A stretch of DNA of 63,735 nt, filler included, from Coriobacteriales bacterium (lineage in GTDB: Bacteria > Actinomycetota > Coriobacteriia > Coriobacteriales > UBA8131), in the NCBI GenBank assembly GCA_031263105.1. It is 6 parts of 6 records of this genome, joined end to end, with 100 filler letters (N's around TTAATTAATTAA, not from the genome) between each part and the next. Parts side by side here need not be neighbours in the genome. Positions count along the whole stretch, not along the records: positions 50,303 to 57,802 come from JAISGJ010000222.1; positions 57,903 to 63,735 come from JAISGJ010000005.1; 4 more parts are not named here. One strand, 5' to 3'. The notes below the pieces were generated by a model that was not told where the DNA came from, did no database searches, and saw only the letters and a list, made by a program, of their open reading frames with translations. Shown here piece by piece: positions 51,738-61,113 of the stretch. Made by a program: the position numbers and the translations under genes. The stretch's first letter is position 1. Each line of letters begins with the position of its first letter.

Positions 51738-51813
51738 TGGTGGAGGTAAGGGGGCTCGAACCCCTGACCTCATGGCTGCCAGCCATGCGCTCTCCCAGCT
51801 GAGCTATACCCCC
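51738..51813 (-). tRNA. tRNA-Ala (GGC)
   Basis: GGGGGTA/TACCTCC acceptor stem with G3:U70, anticodon arm CATGG-CTGGCAG-CCATG, GTTCGA T-loop, encoded CCA. Confidence 0.97.
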
Positions 51814-51938
51814 ACGTTGTCAAATCGCCCGCACGCGGCTCCTTGCCCCGGGCGGCGCGAATTCGAAGTATACCATATACCCTTGGGTCGTTTGCAAGAG
51901 AAGAGGCCGGCGCATCAAGCACCAGTAACCGTCCTTTG

Positions 51939-52050
51939 GTTACTCGTCACACCCTGTCATCCCGAGCCCTTCGGCTGCGCTCAGGGTAAACTCCGGGGCG
52001 AAGCCCCGCAGCCGAAGGGCTCAGGTAGATGACAGGGTGTGACGAGTAAC
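51939..52050. mobile_element. Family A MITE, minimal 112-bp copy
   Basis: Perfect 23-bp TIR GTTACTCGTCACACCCTGTCATC; perfect 8-bp TSD GTCCTTTG at 51931-51938 and 52051-52058. Confidence 0.92.
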
Positions 52051-52171
52051 GTCCTTTGCCGATACGATAAAAATATCCTGCCGTGCGCTATATTGAGCGG
52101 CAATAGTTTGCTACAATGTATGCCGCAGAGGACATGCTGGAAAAGGATTCATAACTCTGGAAAGGTGAGCC

Positions 52172-52924
52172 ATGGACGACGAGACCGTAGTGACCGACCA
52201 AGAACCGAAGGACGCAGAGGAGCCCTCTGCCGACGAGGCAGCGCCCGCCGACGAGACGGCACCGACTGACGAAAGCGCCCCCAAAGCGAAGAAAAAGGGC
52301 AAGCTGGGGATCAAGATCCTGATTGCGGTCGCAGCCGTCATCGTGGTGCTGGGAGGCGGCGGCGGCGCTGCCTATGCCATCTTCCACAGCAATCCCGCCT
52401 TCTGCAACTTCGTCTGCCACACCCCCATGGACCCCTATGTCGAGAGCTACCAGTCAGGTACCTCGATCAATGCCGCCCAGGTGGATTCCGGGGCACGTTT
52501 GAGCGTGACCCTCCACAAGGAGAGCGACCAGCAGCTCAACTGCCTCAGCTGCCATGTCCCCGACATGGCGGAGCAGATCCAAGAGGGCATCAAATGGGTG
52601 ACCGGCGACTATGAGCTCCCCCTTGAGATGAAGCTCGCTGTCCAACTCAAAGAAGGAGTGGACGGCAAGGACGGCACGGCCTTCTGCCTGCGCGAAGGCT
52701 GCCATGAGGGCATCACCACACTTGACGAGCTGAAGGCGGCGACCTCCGACCAGCACCGCAACCCCCACGACTACCACGGCGGCAAGCTGGACTGCGACAC
52801 CTGCCATCAGACCCATGAGCAGTCGGTCCTGATGTGCACGCAATGCCACAACGACATAGATCTGCCCGACGGCTGGCTGACCTACAAGGAGGCCTTGGAC
52901 CAGAAGAAGGCAGCCGGGCAGTAG
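52172..52924 (+). CDS. Membrane-anchored multiheme cytochrome c
   Basis: One TM; CLSCH, CDTCH, CTQCH plus CNFVCH and CLREGCH. Confidence 0.88.
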   Translation: MDDETVVTDQEPKDAEEPSADEAAPADETAPTDESAPKAKKKGKLGIKILIAVAAVIVVLGGGGGAAYAIFHSNPAFCNFVCHTPMDPYVESYQSGTSINAAQVDSGARLSVTLHKESDQQLNCLSCHVPDMAEQIQEGIKWVTGDYELPLEMKLAVQLKEGVDGKDGTAFCLREGCHEGITTLDELKAATSDQHRNPHDYHGGKLDCDTCHQTHEQSVLMCTQCHNDIDLPDGWLTYKEALDQKKAAGQ

Positions 52925-52964
52925 CACACCGGGCCCGGACGGGCCTCTCAAGCGCCTTTCTTGC

Positions 52965-52999
52965 AAAAGCGCCCCCGAGGACAAGGTCCTCGGGGGCGC
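52965..52999. terminator. Intrinsic terminator between convergent genes
   Basis: GCGCCCCCGAGGAC-aag-GTCCTCGGGGGCGC perfect stem with an A-tract on the left. Confidence 0.7.
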
Positions 53000-53032
53000 A
53001 TGCTTTCAGGGGCAACGGCGGGACGGCGTCTC

Positions 53033-54166
53033 TCAAAGGGGGATGCTGACGAGGTCGTGGGGGGAGCGGGTGAAGTCCTCGAAGCCCTCGGAGGTGACGA
53101 GGCCGTAGTCCTCGATGCGCACCCCGCCGATGCCTTCGAGATAGACGCCCGGCTCGACGGTGACGACATTGCCCTCCTCGAGGACGGCCTCCACCTTGGG
53201 ACCCAAGGTGGGAAGCTCATGGATGTCGATGCCCACCCCATGCCCGAGCGCATGGATGAGCCTCCCCTCGAAGCCATGCGCGGCGACGGCCTCGTCGGCG
53301 AGCGCCTGTGCCTCAAGGCCGCTCACTCCGGGGCGCAGCATCGCCATGACGGCGGCCTGCGCGGCGCGTGCCGCCTCGTGCATCGCGCGTTGCTGTCTGC
53401 TCGGAGCGCCCATCACGACCGTGCGCGTCATGTCGGAGCGGTAGCCCTCGAGGCGGGCCCCGAAGTCCATGAGCACGAGGTCGCCACGGTCGATGGCGCG
53501 CCCGCCGGGCACCGCATGGGGAACCGCGCTGTTCGGCCCTGTGGCGACGATGGTGGGAAAGGCCGCCGCATCGGCGCCCGCACGCCGCATGAAGGTCTCG
53601 AGCTCGTTGGCTGCGTCACGCTCGCTCAGCCCCGGCCTGAGATAGCCGAGCATATGCCCAAAGGCCGCGTCGGTGATCTCCTGGGCGGCCTTGAGGATCT
53701 CTATCTCCCGCGCGTCCTTGCACGCACGGAGCCCGCGCACGAGGCCGGACGTCTCGACCAGCCTGTAGGCAAGGCCCTCGATGCCGTCGAGGGCCGTAAC
53801 AAGGGCACGGTAGGAGTCGAGCCTCAGGTCGCCCTCGATGCCGATGTGCAGCGGCCTGTCCTGTGGACGGGAGCCGAAGAGCCCTTTGACGCGCTCGGCC
53901 ACATAGGCAGGGCGTGGCCTGCGCTCGTCGAGGATGCGCCAGCGCCCCTGCACGTCAAGGCGGGCAAGCGCCCCGGAATAGCGGGTGTCGGTAAAGAAGA
54001 GGGGGCCATGGTCCGCCGCGACGAGCGCGAGATGGGCCTGCTCCTCGTCAAAGACCCCCGAGAACCCTGTGAGCCAGTGGATGTCGGCGGTATGCGTGGC
54101 GAGATAGACGTCGATCCCCTGAAGGGCAAGCGTATCGAGCAGACGGGCGAGGCGAGAGGCGACCAT
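53033..54166 (-). CDS. Xaa-Pro peptidase (M24B)
   Basis: NSAVPHA, DFGA...YRSDMTRT, HALGHGVGIDIHE, TVEPGVY, GVRIED. Confidence 0.93.
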   Translation of the reverse strand: MVASRLARLLDTLALQGIDVYLATHTADIHWLTGFSGVFDEEQAHLALVAADHGPLFFTDTRYSGALARLDVQGRWRILDERRPRPAYVAERVKGLFGSRPQDRPLHIGIEGDLRLDSYRALVTALDGIEGLAYRLVETSGLVRGLRACKDAREIEILKAAQEITDAAFGHMLGYLRPGLSERDAANELETFMRRAGADAAAFPTIVATGPNSAVPHAVPGGRAIDRGDLVLMDFGARLEGYRSDMTRTVVMGAPSRQQRAMHEAARAAQAAVMAMLRPGVSGLEAQALADEAVAAHGFEGRLIHALGHGVGIDIHELPTLGPKVEAVLEEGNVVTVEPGVYLEGIGGVRIEDYGLVTSEGFEDFTRSPHDLVSIPL

Positions 54167-54170
54167 GGAC

Positions 54171-54662
54171 TCAGCCCCTGTCCCCCTGGGCATCGAGATG
54201 CCCGACGAGGGCGTCGAGGGCGTCGCAGTAGGAGAGCGCACCTCTCCCCTTGAACTGTGCGAGGCAGACCTCCTCCATGACCGAGACGGCGCGGAAGCCC
54301 TCGCGTGCGGCGATGTCGCTCAGATGCACCTCCACCACCGGGATGGGAATCGCAGCGATGGCATCGCGCAGGGCGATGGAGTAATGCGTGTGCGCGGCAG
54401 GGTTGTACACGATGCCCTCATAGCTGCGCGGGGCGCCTTGGATCGTGTCGACGAGCACGCCCTCATGGTTCGACTGGTAGAAGTAGAGCTTGATCCGCTC
54501 CCCTTTCTGCATTCCTTCCCCGATCCCGCGCAGCCTGTCCAACTCCTCACCGTGCCGGGCAAGCTGCTGGTTGATCTCATGAAGGGTCAGCGCCCCATAG
54601 ACGTCCGGTTCGCGCTGCCCCAAGAGGTTGAGGTTCGGCCCGTTCAGCACCAGTATCTTCAC
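54171..54662 (-). CDS. aroQ: Type II 3-dehydroquinate dehydratase
   Basis: LNGPNLNLLGQREPDVYG, QSNHEG, NPAAHTHYSIALRDA, EVHLS. Confidence 0.95.
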   Translation of the reverse strand: MKILVLNGPNLNLLGQREPDVYGALTLHEINQQLARHGEELDRLRGIGEGMQKGERIKLYFYQSNHEGVLVDTIQGAPRSYEGIVYNPAAHTHYSIALRDAIAAIPIPVVEVHLSDIAAREGFRAVSVMEEVCLAQFKGRGALSYCDALDALVGHLDAQGDRG

Positions 54663-55777
54663 AGCTCCTCCTGTCGTTTGCCCATACGGGCCTGCTCCCA
54701 AAGAATGAGATAGATCTTCACAAGGTCGGGGTCCACGGCGACGGCCTCCCACGCCCCGGGAGAGGCGAGGAGCACGAAGCGGAGCCCGCCGTTGCGGACC
54801 TTCTTGTCGGAGAGCATCAGCCCATAGAGGTCGTCGGCGGCGAACGGCTCGGTCACCGGCCCAAGGCCGAGCCGGTCGAGCAGGGCGTCCTGGGCGTCGG
54901 CGAGGGCGGCGGGCGCACGGGCCGCCTCGACGGCGAGACGGGCCGCGAAACGCATCCCCTCCGCGACGGCACGGCCGTGCGGGATGCGGTATCCCGATAC
55001 GGCCTCGAGCGCATGGCCGAAGGTATGGCCGTAGTTGAGGCACTCGCGCACGCCCTTCTCCTTCTCGTCGGAGGCGACGATGCGCGCCTTGAAGGCCAGC
55101 GAGCGCACGACCGCCTGCTGCACGGCGCCCCCGTCCTGCGCGGCGAGGGCGTCTGCGTGGCCGTCGAGCCACGAAAGGAACTCCCCGCCGTCGACGAATG
55201 CGGACTTCGCTATCTCGGCAAAGCCGTTCCCCCACTCCTCGGCAGGCAGGGTGCCCAAGGCCTTGAGGTCGGCCGTCACGTAGGCCGGCTGCTTGAAGGT
55301 CCCGACAAGGTTCTTGCCGCCGTCGAGGTTGAGTGCGGTCTTGCCGCCGACGGACGAGTCGACCATTGCAAGCAGGCTCGTGGGCAGCTGGACGAAGTCG
55401 ATGCCGCGCATATAGGTGGAGGCGACAAAGCCCGCAAGGTCGCCTATCACACCGCCACCGAGCGCGACGAGCAGGCCGTCCCGTCCGATGCCGAGCAGGG
55501 CGAGCGCGTCCCAGAGCTCGGCGGCGACCGCAAGGCCCTTGCTTGCCTCCCCTGCGGCGACGGTGAGGTCGAAGGGCTCGAAGCCCTCTTGGGCAAGCGC
55601 CGAGCGCACCTGCCCGAGATAGTGCGGCGCGACGTTGCTGTCGGTGACGATGACGGCCTTTTTGGCCTCCGTCACCTCGCGCAGGTGAGCGCCGAGCCTG
55701 TCGAAGAGGCCTTCGCCCACACGGATGTCATAGCTGTCGTCCCTGCCGAGGACGACCTTCAGGCGCTGCGTACCCAT
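54659..55777 (-). CDS. aroB: 3-dehydroquinate synthase
   Basis: GGGVIGDLAGF, PTSLLAMVDSSVGGKT, LNYGHTFGHALE, HGRAVA. Confidence 0.96.
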   Translation of the reverse strand: MGTQRLKVVLGRDDSYDIRVGEGLFDRLGAHLREVTEAKKAVIVTDSNVAPHYLGQVRSALAQEGFEPFDLTVAAGEASKGLAVAAELWDALALLGIGRDGLLVALGGGVIGDLAGFVASTYMRGIDFVQLPTSLLAMVDSSVGGKTALNLDGGKNLVGTFKQPAYVTADLKALGTLPAEEWGNGFAEIAKSAFVDGGEFLSWLDGHADALAAQDGGAVQQAVVRSLAFKARIVASDEKEKGVRECLNYGHTFGHALEAVSGYRIPHGRAVAEGMRFAARLAVEAARAPAALADAQDALLDRLGLGPVTEPFAADDLYGLMLSDKKVRNGGLRFVLLASPGAWEAVAVDPDLVKIYLILWEQARMGKRQEEL

Positions 55778-55849
55778 GGTATGGACATCGCTTCCTTTCC
55801 TTGAGGATGCCCCTGAGGGGCCGGACCCTACGACTTCCCCACAGCTTCC

Positions 55850-56380
55850 CTACAGCTTCCCCGCCGCACGGAGCATGCGCCGCACGGCGACAACGACCTG
55901 GCCTATCGAGCGCCCGCTCGTATCGACGGTGAGGTCGGCCACGTCCTCATAGTAGCGCAACCGCGAGGAGAGTATCTCGTCGGGCCGGAGGCCGCCCGCC
56001 CCCTCCGCAAGCAGCGGCCTGCCCTCAGGGCGCGGGATGCGCGAGACGGCCTCTGCGGCATCCACCACGAGGTAGACCACCGTCCCCAGGCATTTGAGGA
56101 GGGAGCGGCTCTCGTCGCGCACGACGACGCCGCCGCCGCAGGAGAGGATGCACCGGTCGCGGGCGGGCATGGAGCGCAGGAAGTCGAACTCCCGCAGGCG
56201 AAATCCCTCCTCCCCTTCGGCGGCGAAGATCGCAGGGATGTCCCGGCCCGCCTCCCGCTCGATGAAGATGTCCATGTCGATGCTCGTCATATGCTCGAGG
56301 CGGGCAAGCCGACGGGCGACGCTCGACTTGCCGGAGCCCATGAAGCCTATGAGGATGATATGGTCGGCGAGCTTGGCCAT
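55850..56380 (-). CDS. aroK: Shikimate kinase
   Basis: GFMGSGKS, GEEGFR..E, SCGGG, RPLL. Confidence 0.94.
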   Translation of the reverse strand: MAKLADHIILIGFMGSGKSSVARRLARLEHMTSIDMDIFIEREAGRDIPAIFAAEGEEGFRLREFDFLRSMPARDRCILSCGGGVVVRDESRSLLKCLGTVVYLVVDAAEAVSRIPRPEGRPLLAEGAGGLRPDEILSSRLRYYEDVADLTVDTSGRSIGQVVVAVRRMLRAAGKL

Positions 56381-56390
56381 AGGGATGCGC

Positions 56391-57569
56391 TCAGCGCACC
56401 GCTATGCGCGCGACGTAGGACTCGAAGGCCCGCAGCGCGTCGTCGAGGGCATCATGCCCGAACTTGTCCCCATAGGCACCGGCCAGGACGAGGGCGACCT
56501 CGGCCTCCGCCACCACGGCGGCCGCAGGGACGGCACAGACGTCGCTGCGCTCCGTGGATGCGTCCGTGGCCTCGTGCGTCTCGAGGTCGATGGTCCCAAG
56601 CGGCCTCATCAGCGTGGGTATGGGCTTCATGACGGCATGGACGACGAGGGCCTCGCCAGTGGTCATGCCGCCTTCAAGGCCGCCTGCGTTGTTGCGCGCA
56701 CGGCCGATGCGCCCAAAGGCGCCGGGCTCCTCCCGGTAGACGATGGGGTCGTGCACCTGTGAGCCCGGCAGCGTGCCCGCCCTGAAGCCGAGGCCGAACT
56801 CCACGCCCCTGATGGCAGGGATGCTGAGCAGGGCGCCGCCGATGCGGCCCGTCAGGCGCTCGCCAGCCTCCGCATAGCCGCCGAGGCCGGGCACCAGGCC
56901 CTGCACGGTGACGGTGAACCAGCCTCCCAGGCTCTCGCCCGCCTCGCGGGCTGCATCGATGGCGGCCGTCATGCGGGCGCCGGTCTCCTCGTGGGGGCAC
57001 CGGACAGGCGACGACTCCACCTTTGCAGAGGCAAACACGCCGCCCTTGCGCTCGACCTCTGCGGCGGGAAGCATCACGTCCCCGATGCGCGTCACATAGG
57101 AGCCGACCTCGACCCCGAAGGCCGCGAGGCAGGCACGGGCGACCGCCCCTGCCGCCACCCGCGCGGCCGTCTCTCGGGCGCTCGCGCGTTCGAGCACGTT
57201 GCGGCAGTCCTGCGTGCCGATCTTGAGCGCACCCACCAGGTCGGCGTGGCCGGGACGGGGCGAGCGCTCGGATGCCAGGTCGTGAGGGGGCCTGCCCTCC
57301 TGCGCCATGCGCTGGGCCCAGTTCTCCCAGTCGCGGTTCGCGATCTCGAGGGCGACGGGGCTGCCCAGCGTCCTGCCGAAGCGCACGCCGGACAGTATCC
57401 TCGCCCGGTCATGCTCTATCTGCATGCGCCCGCCGCGCCCGTAGCCGCCCTGGCGGCGCGCAAGGTCGCTGTCGATGGCGGCGCTCGACAGCGCAAGCCC
57501 CGCCGGCACCCCGCTCACGATGGTGACGAGGGCCGGCCCATGCGACTCGCCTGCGGTCCGATACTCCAT
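56391..57569 (-). CDS. aroC: Chorismate synthase
   Basis: TAGESHG, RRQGGYGRGGRM, PRPGHAD, ERASARETA, NNAGGLEGG, ERSDVC. Confidence 0.96.
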   Translation of the reverse strand: MEYRTAGESHGPALVTIVSGVPAGLALSSAAIDSDLARRQGGYGRGGRMQIEHDRARILSGVRFGRTLGSPVALEIANRDWENWAQRMAQEGRPPHDLASERSPRPGHADLVGALKIGTQDCRNVLERASARETAARVAAGAVARACLAAFGVEVGSYVTRIGDVMLPAAEVERKGGVFASAKVESSPVRCPHEETGARMTAAIDAAREAGESLGGWFTVTVQGLVPGLGGYAEAGERLTGRIGGALLSIPAIRGVEFGLGFRAGTLPGSQVHDPIVYREEPGAFGRIGRARNNAGGLEGGMTTGEALVVHAVMKPIPTLMRPLGTIDLETHEATDASTERSDVCAVPAAAVVAEAEVALVLAGAYGDKFGHDALDDALRAFESYVARIAVR

Positions 57570-57918
57570 CTCGCTGCTCCGTTACGGTAAGGGGGGACGA
57601 GGCCGAGCCGGCACCTTCCCCGCTGCATGTACGATGAGCCTTGATTGTACCATGATGTGATACCCTATCAGGGAACAGAGTGCGCCGGGGCGGCGCCCGC
57701 CGGCCGGGGCGGCACCCGCCGGCCGGGGCGGCGGGCGCCGGCCGGGGCGGCGCCGACCCCCACTGCCACCCGGCCCCCACTGTCATCCCGAGCCTGCCGA
57801 GGNNNNNNNNNNNNNNNNNNNNNNNNNNNNNNNNNNNNNNNNNNNNTTAATTAATTAANNNNNNNNNNNNNNNNNNNNNNNNNNNNNNNNNNNNNNNNNN
57901 NNGCCGCTTAGGGAGATG

Positions 57919-58121
57919 GTTACTGAGCTCGCACCCCACTGTCATTCCGAGCCCCGCCGAGGAATCTTTGGACACGCAGTGTCCAACGGTAGGTCAGGGG
58001 CCCCTCCGACCTGCGGTCGGCTGCTGGTGCGGCCGAAGATCCCTCGGCTGCGGGGGCTTCGCCCCCTTCGCTCGGGATGACAGTGGGGCTCGGGATGACA
58101 GTAGGGTGTGAACATAGTAAC
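57919..58121. mobile_element. Family A MITE, both termini present but no TSD match
   Basis: GTTACTGAGCTCGCACCCCACTGTCATTCCGAGC...GGGATGACAGTAGGGTGTGAACATAGTAAC; flanks GGGAGATG and CTTTGTGC differ. Confidence 0.75.
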
Positions 58122-58131
58122 CTTTGTGCTG

Positions 58132-61023
58132 CTAGAGCACGCCTCGGAAGAAGTGGCCGGTGGTGTGGCCTTCGCGTTTGGGGAGGCTGCCTGCCCCTTT
58201 GACGGCGAGGTCGCGGGCTCGCACCGTGCGCTCGATCGCCGCCCTCAGGTCTCGGGCCGCAAGCAGCGTGCCGTCCACGACGAGGGTCGAGACCCCCAGG
58301 CTCACCAGCTCGGGCATCGAGGGGACAAGGTCGAGCGGCACGGCGTTGAAGAGGTGGCTGCGCCCGGCGTCGTCGGTCCGTATGGGGAGGCGGTAGCCCT
58401 TGCGGTCCTCCAAGAGGCGGGGCGCGCGCCGCCGCACACAGGTCTCGCAGCGTTGGTCGCAGGGGCCCTGTGCCATGAGGACGCAGTGCTCGGTCACCAT
58501 GACCTCCTGCTGCCCGAAGACGGTCAGGGCGAGGGGGAGCGGTGCCGTCGGTGCGACCTGCGCGATGTCCCGCTGGCTCAGCTCGGGGCTCAGCCATGCC
58601 TGCGAGGCGCCGAGCCGCGCCAGCAGCCCCAGCGTCTCGCCGTTGCAGATGCCGAGCGAGGGGCCGGCCTCCCACGCCGCTTCCGCCTGCCTGAGCGCCT
58701 GCAGCCCGCCGAGGTTGTTCGCCACGGCGGGCGTCCCTTCCTCGACGGCCCTTTGGATGCAGGCGGTGTCCTTCTCATGCGTGACGGCGGGCAGGAACCA
58801 TCGGACGGGCAGGCCCTTGGGCAGCCCTAGCCCTGCGATGGACAGGCTCGGGCTCGAAGCGGCAGGCGACCCATCCGTGCCGTGCGGCCCCATGGCGGCC
58901 TTCCGCCCTGCCTCCCCGGTGATCTCGAAGCGCAGGCTGTGCAGGTAGACGAGCTCCGCCCCGCCTTGGGCGGCGGCACGGGCGCCTGCCGCGTCACGGA
59001 CGAGGGCCGCCACGCGCGGCCTGCCCTTCCGTGCGGGCGCGAGTGCCGTCGGCTCCTCGTGCGGCGTGAGGTGCCGGTTGCGCCACGGGGCGAGCAGCGC
59101 CTCCGTCAGGGCCTCAAGCGCCTGGGAGCGCAGCCGGTGCAGGCTCGAGAAGCCCATCCCGACCCCTTCGTCGAGCCGGATGTCCCAGCTTCGGATGGAG
59201 AAGGGCGTGCCGCCGACACGCCCGACCTGCTCGCGTATGTCCTCGGCGCTCAGCGGCTTCGTCCGCGCCGCCTCGACCAGAGGGCCGGTGACGGCGACGG
59301 CGAGGGGACGCAGGGGGACGGGACACAGGGGGACGGTTCTTTTGTGCAGCCGTATCGGCTTCGCCCCTCTTTCGGTAGCACAAAAGAACCGTCCCCCTGT
59401 GTCCCGTCCCTCTGCGTCCCCTCGCCCCTCCGTGCCCTTCTGTTGGCACACCTCGAACGTGAGCTCCCACGCCTCGCCGAGGCGGGCCGAGACCTGCGCG
59501 TGGAGCGCCACGATGCCGTTGTTGCCTTGGAACACCGTGTTGTCGAAATCAGGCCCCATGCGGGAGGCAAGTGCGGCGCTGCGCACGCGGAACACCCGGT
59601 CGCCCTTGTGGATCGCCTCGGCGGTTCGCAGGTAGACGCGGGTATGCCCGCCCGAGTCGTCCAAGGAGGAGCCGTCCTGCCCTGCGCCGTCCGCCGTCGC
59701 CCAAAGGCCCTCAAGCATGAGGGTGCAACGCCCGCGCGAGGTCCAGAACTCGAGCACGTCGCCACGGCTCAGCGGCTTCGTGACCTCGATGCCCGCCACG
59801 CCGCGTCCGACCTCGGCGATCCTGCCGACGGCGACCCCCCGGTTGTTCGGTCGCGTGTAGCTCATCATGGCGTTGTCGCGCCTGCCGTCGAGGTAGGCCG
59901 TCGTGAAGCCCCGTGAGAAGCTCTCGGCAAGCGTGTCCAAGGGCGGGCCCTCCTGTGCGCTGCCCCGCCCGCCTGCTCGGCCCGCCTGGGCCTCGGCCCC
60001 GCCACGCCCGTTTGCCTCCCCATTCGTCTGCGTCCCGCCACGCCCGCTTGCCTCCCCATTCGTCTGCGCCCCGACTCCGCTTGTCTCCGGGGCGATCAGG
60101 GCATCGAGCGCCTCGCGGTAGGCGTGGGTCGCGCTCGCGACATAGAGGGCGGACTTCATGCGCCCCTCGATCTTCAACGCAGTGACGCCGGTGGCGAGCA
60201 GCTCGGGCAGGATGTCTACGGTCGCCCGGTCGGCGGGGGAGAGCAGGTGCTCGCCGGGGGTCCTGATGCCCTTGCCGGTCGAGGTGTCGATGAGACGGTA
60301 GGGCAGGCGGCATGCCTGGGCGCACAGGCCTCGGTTGGCGGAACGCCGCCCTACGAGCGAGGAGAACAGGCATTGGCCCGAGTAGCAGACGCAGAGCGCG
60401 CCGTGGGCGAACACCTCGACCGGCACGCCTTCCTGGGCGATGCTGCGTATCTCTGCCATCGAAAGCTCACGGGCCAGGGTGACCCGCGAGGCCCCCAGCT
60501 CGGCGGCAAGGCGCACGCCGGCGATATTGTGCAGGTTCATCTGCGTGGAGGCGTGCAGGGCAAGCTGCGGCATCTCGTGGGCGAGCCGTGCGAGCAGCCC
60601 CAGGTCTTGGACGATGAGCGCGTCGATGCCGGCCTCCCATGCGCGGTGTGCGACCTCCACGGCACGCCCCACCTCGCTTTGCAGGACGGCGGTGTTCAAC
60701 GTGAGGTAGATGCGCCTGCCTGCGACGTGCGCAAGGTCGCAGGCCTCGGCAAGCTCTCCGAGGCTGAAGTTCGTGGCGTTGCGGCGTGCGTTGAGGTCCT
60801 CTGTCCCCAGGTAGACCGCGTCCGCCCCTGCGCTCAGCGCGGCGAGCAGGGCGTCCCGGTCGCCTGCGGGGGCAAGGAGCTCGGGCAGGGGGCCCGCCGG
60901 CCCCGTGGTGACCCCTGATGCGGTTCCCGCCGCGCCTGTCTCCGGACCCTCCGGTGCGGCCACCGGCGCGTCCGCCCTTGCAGCCTCCGGTGCGGCCCCC
61001 GATTCATTCCCTGAAGTAATCAT
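58132..61023 (-). CDS. U32 family Fe-S protein with DUF3656-like region (RlhA-like RNA hydroxylation factor)
   Basis: PELLAPAG, GADAVYLG, HASTQ, HGALCVCYSGQC...NRGLCAQACR, LKIEGRMK, terminal TTGHFFRGV. Confidence 0.85.
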   Translation of the reverse strand: MITSGNESGAAPEAARADAPVAAPEGPETGAAGTASGVTTGPAGPLPELLAPAGDRDALLAALSAGADAVYLGTEDLNARRNATNFSLGELAEACDLAHVAGRRIYLTLNTAVLQSEVGRAVEVAHRAWEAGIDALIVQDLGLLARLAHEMPQLALHASTQMNLHNIAGVRLAAELGASRVTLARELSMAEIRSIAQEGVPVEVFAHGALCVCYSGQCLFSSLVGRRSANRGLCAQACRLPYRLIDTSTGKGIRTPGEHLLSPADRATVDILPELLATGVTALKIEGRMKSALYVASATHAYREALDALIAPETSGVGAQTNGEASGRGGTQTNGEANGRGGAEAQAGRAGGRGSAQEGPPLDTLAESFSRGFTTAYLDGRRDNAMMSYTRPNNRGVAVGRIAEVGRGVAGIEVTKPLSRGDVLEFWTSRGRCTLMLEGLWATADGAGQDGSSLDDSGGHTRVYLRTAEAIHKGDRVFRVRSAALASRMGPDFDNTVFQGNNGIVALHAQVSARLGEAWELTFEVCQQKGTEGRGDAEGRDTGGRFFCATERGAKPIRLHKRTVPLCPVPLRPLAVAVTGPLVEAARTKPLSAEDIREQVGRVGGTPFSIRSWDIRLDEGVGMGFSSLHRLRSQALEALTEALLAPWRNRHLTPHEEPTALAPARKGRPRVAALVRDAAGARAAAQGGAELVYLHSLRFEITGEAGRKAAMGPHGTDGSPAASSPSLSIAGLGLPKGLPVRWFLPAVTHEKDTACIQRAVEEGTPAVANNLGGLQALRQAEAAWEAGPSLGICNGETLGLLARLGASQAWLSPELSQRDIAQVAPTAPLPLALTVFGQQEVMVTEHCVLMAQGPCDQRCETCVRRRAPRLLEDRKGYRLPIRTDDAGRSHLFNAVPLDLVPSMPELVSLGVSTLVVDGTLLAARDLRAAIERTVRARDLAVKGAGSLPKREGHTTGHFFRGVL
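59299..59426. repeat. Family B 128-bp palindrome in frame inside the U32 gene
   Basis: 49-bp arms (1 mismatch) containing GGGGGACGGTTCTTTTGTGC / GCACAAAAGAACCGTCCCCC. Confidence 0.88.
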
Positions 61024-61113
61024 TCGTTTACATTCACCACGTATCGGTCGGTCATACGAGCAGAGCATCCGTGTTTATGGCACTATAGTACCCTACCCTG
61101 ATGGGAGGTCCGT

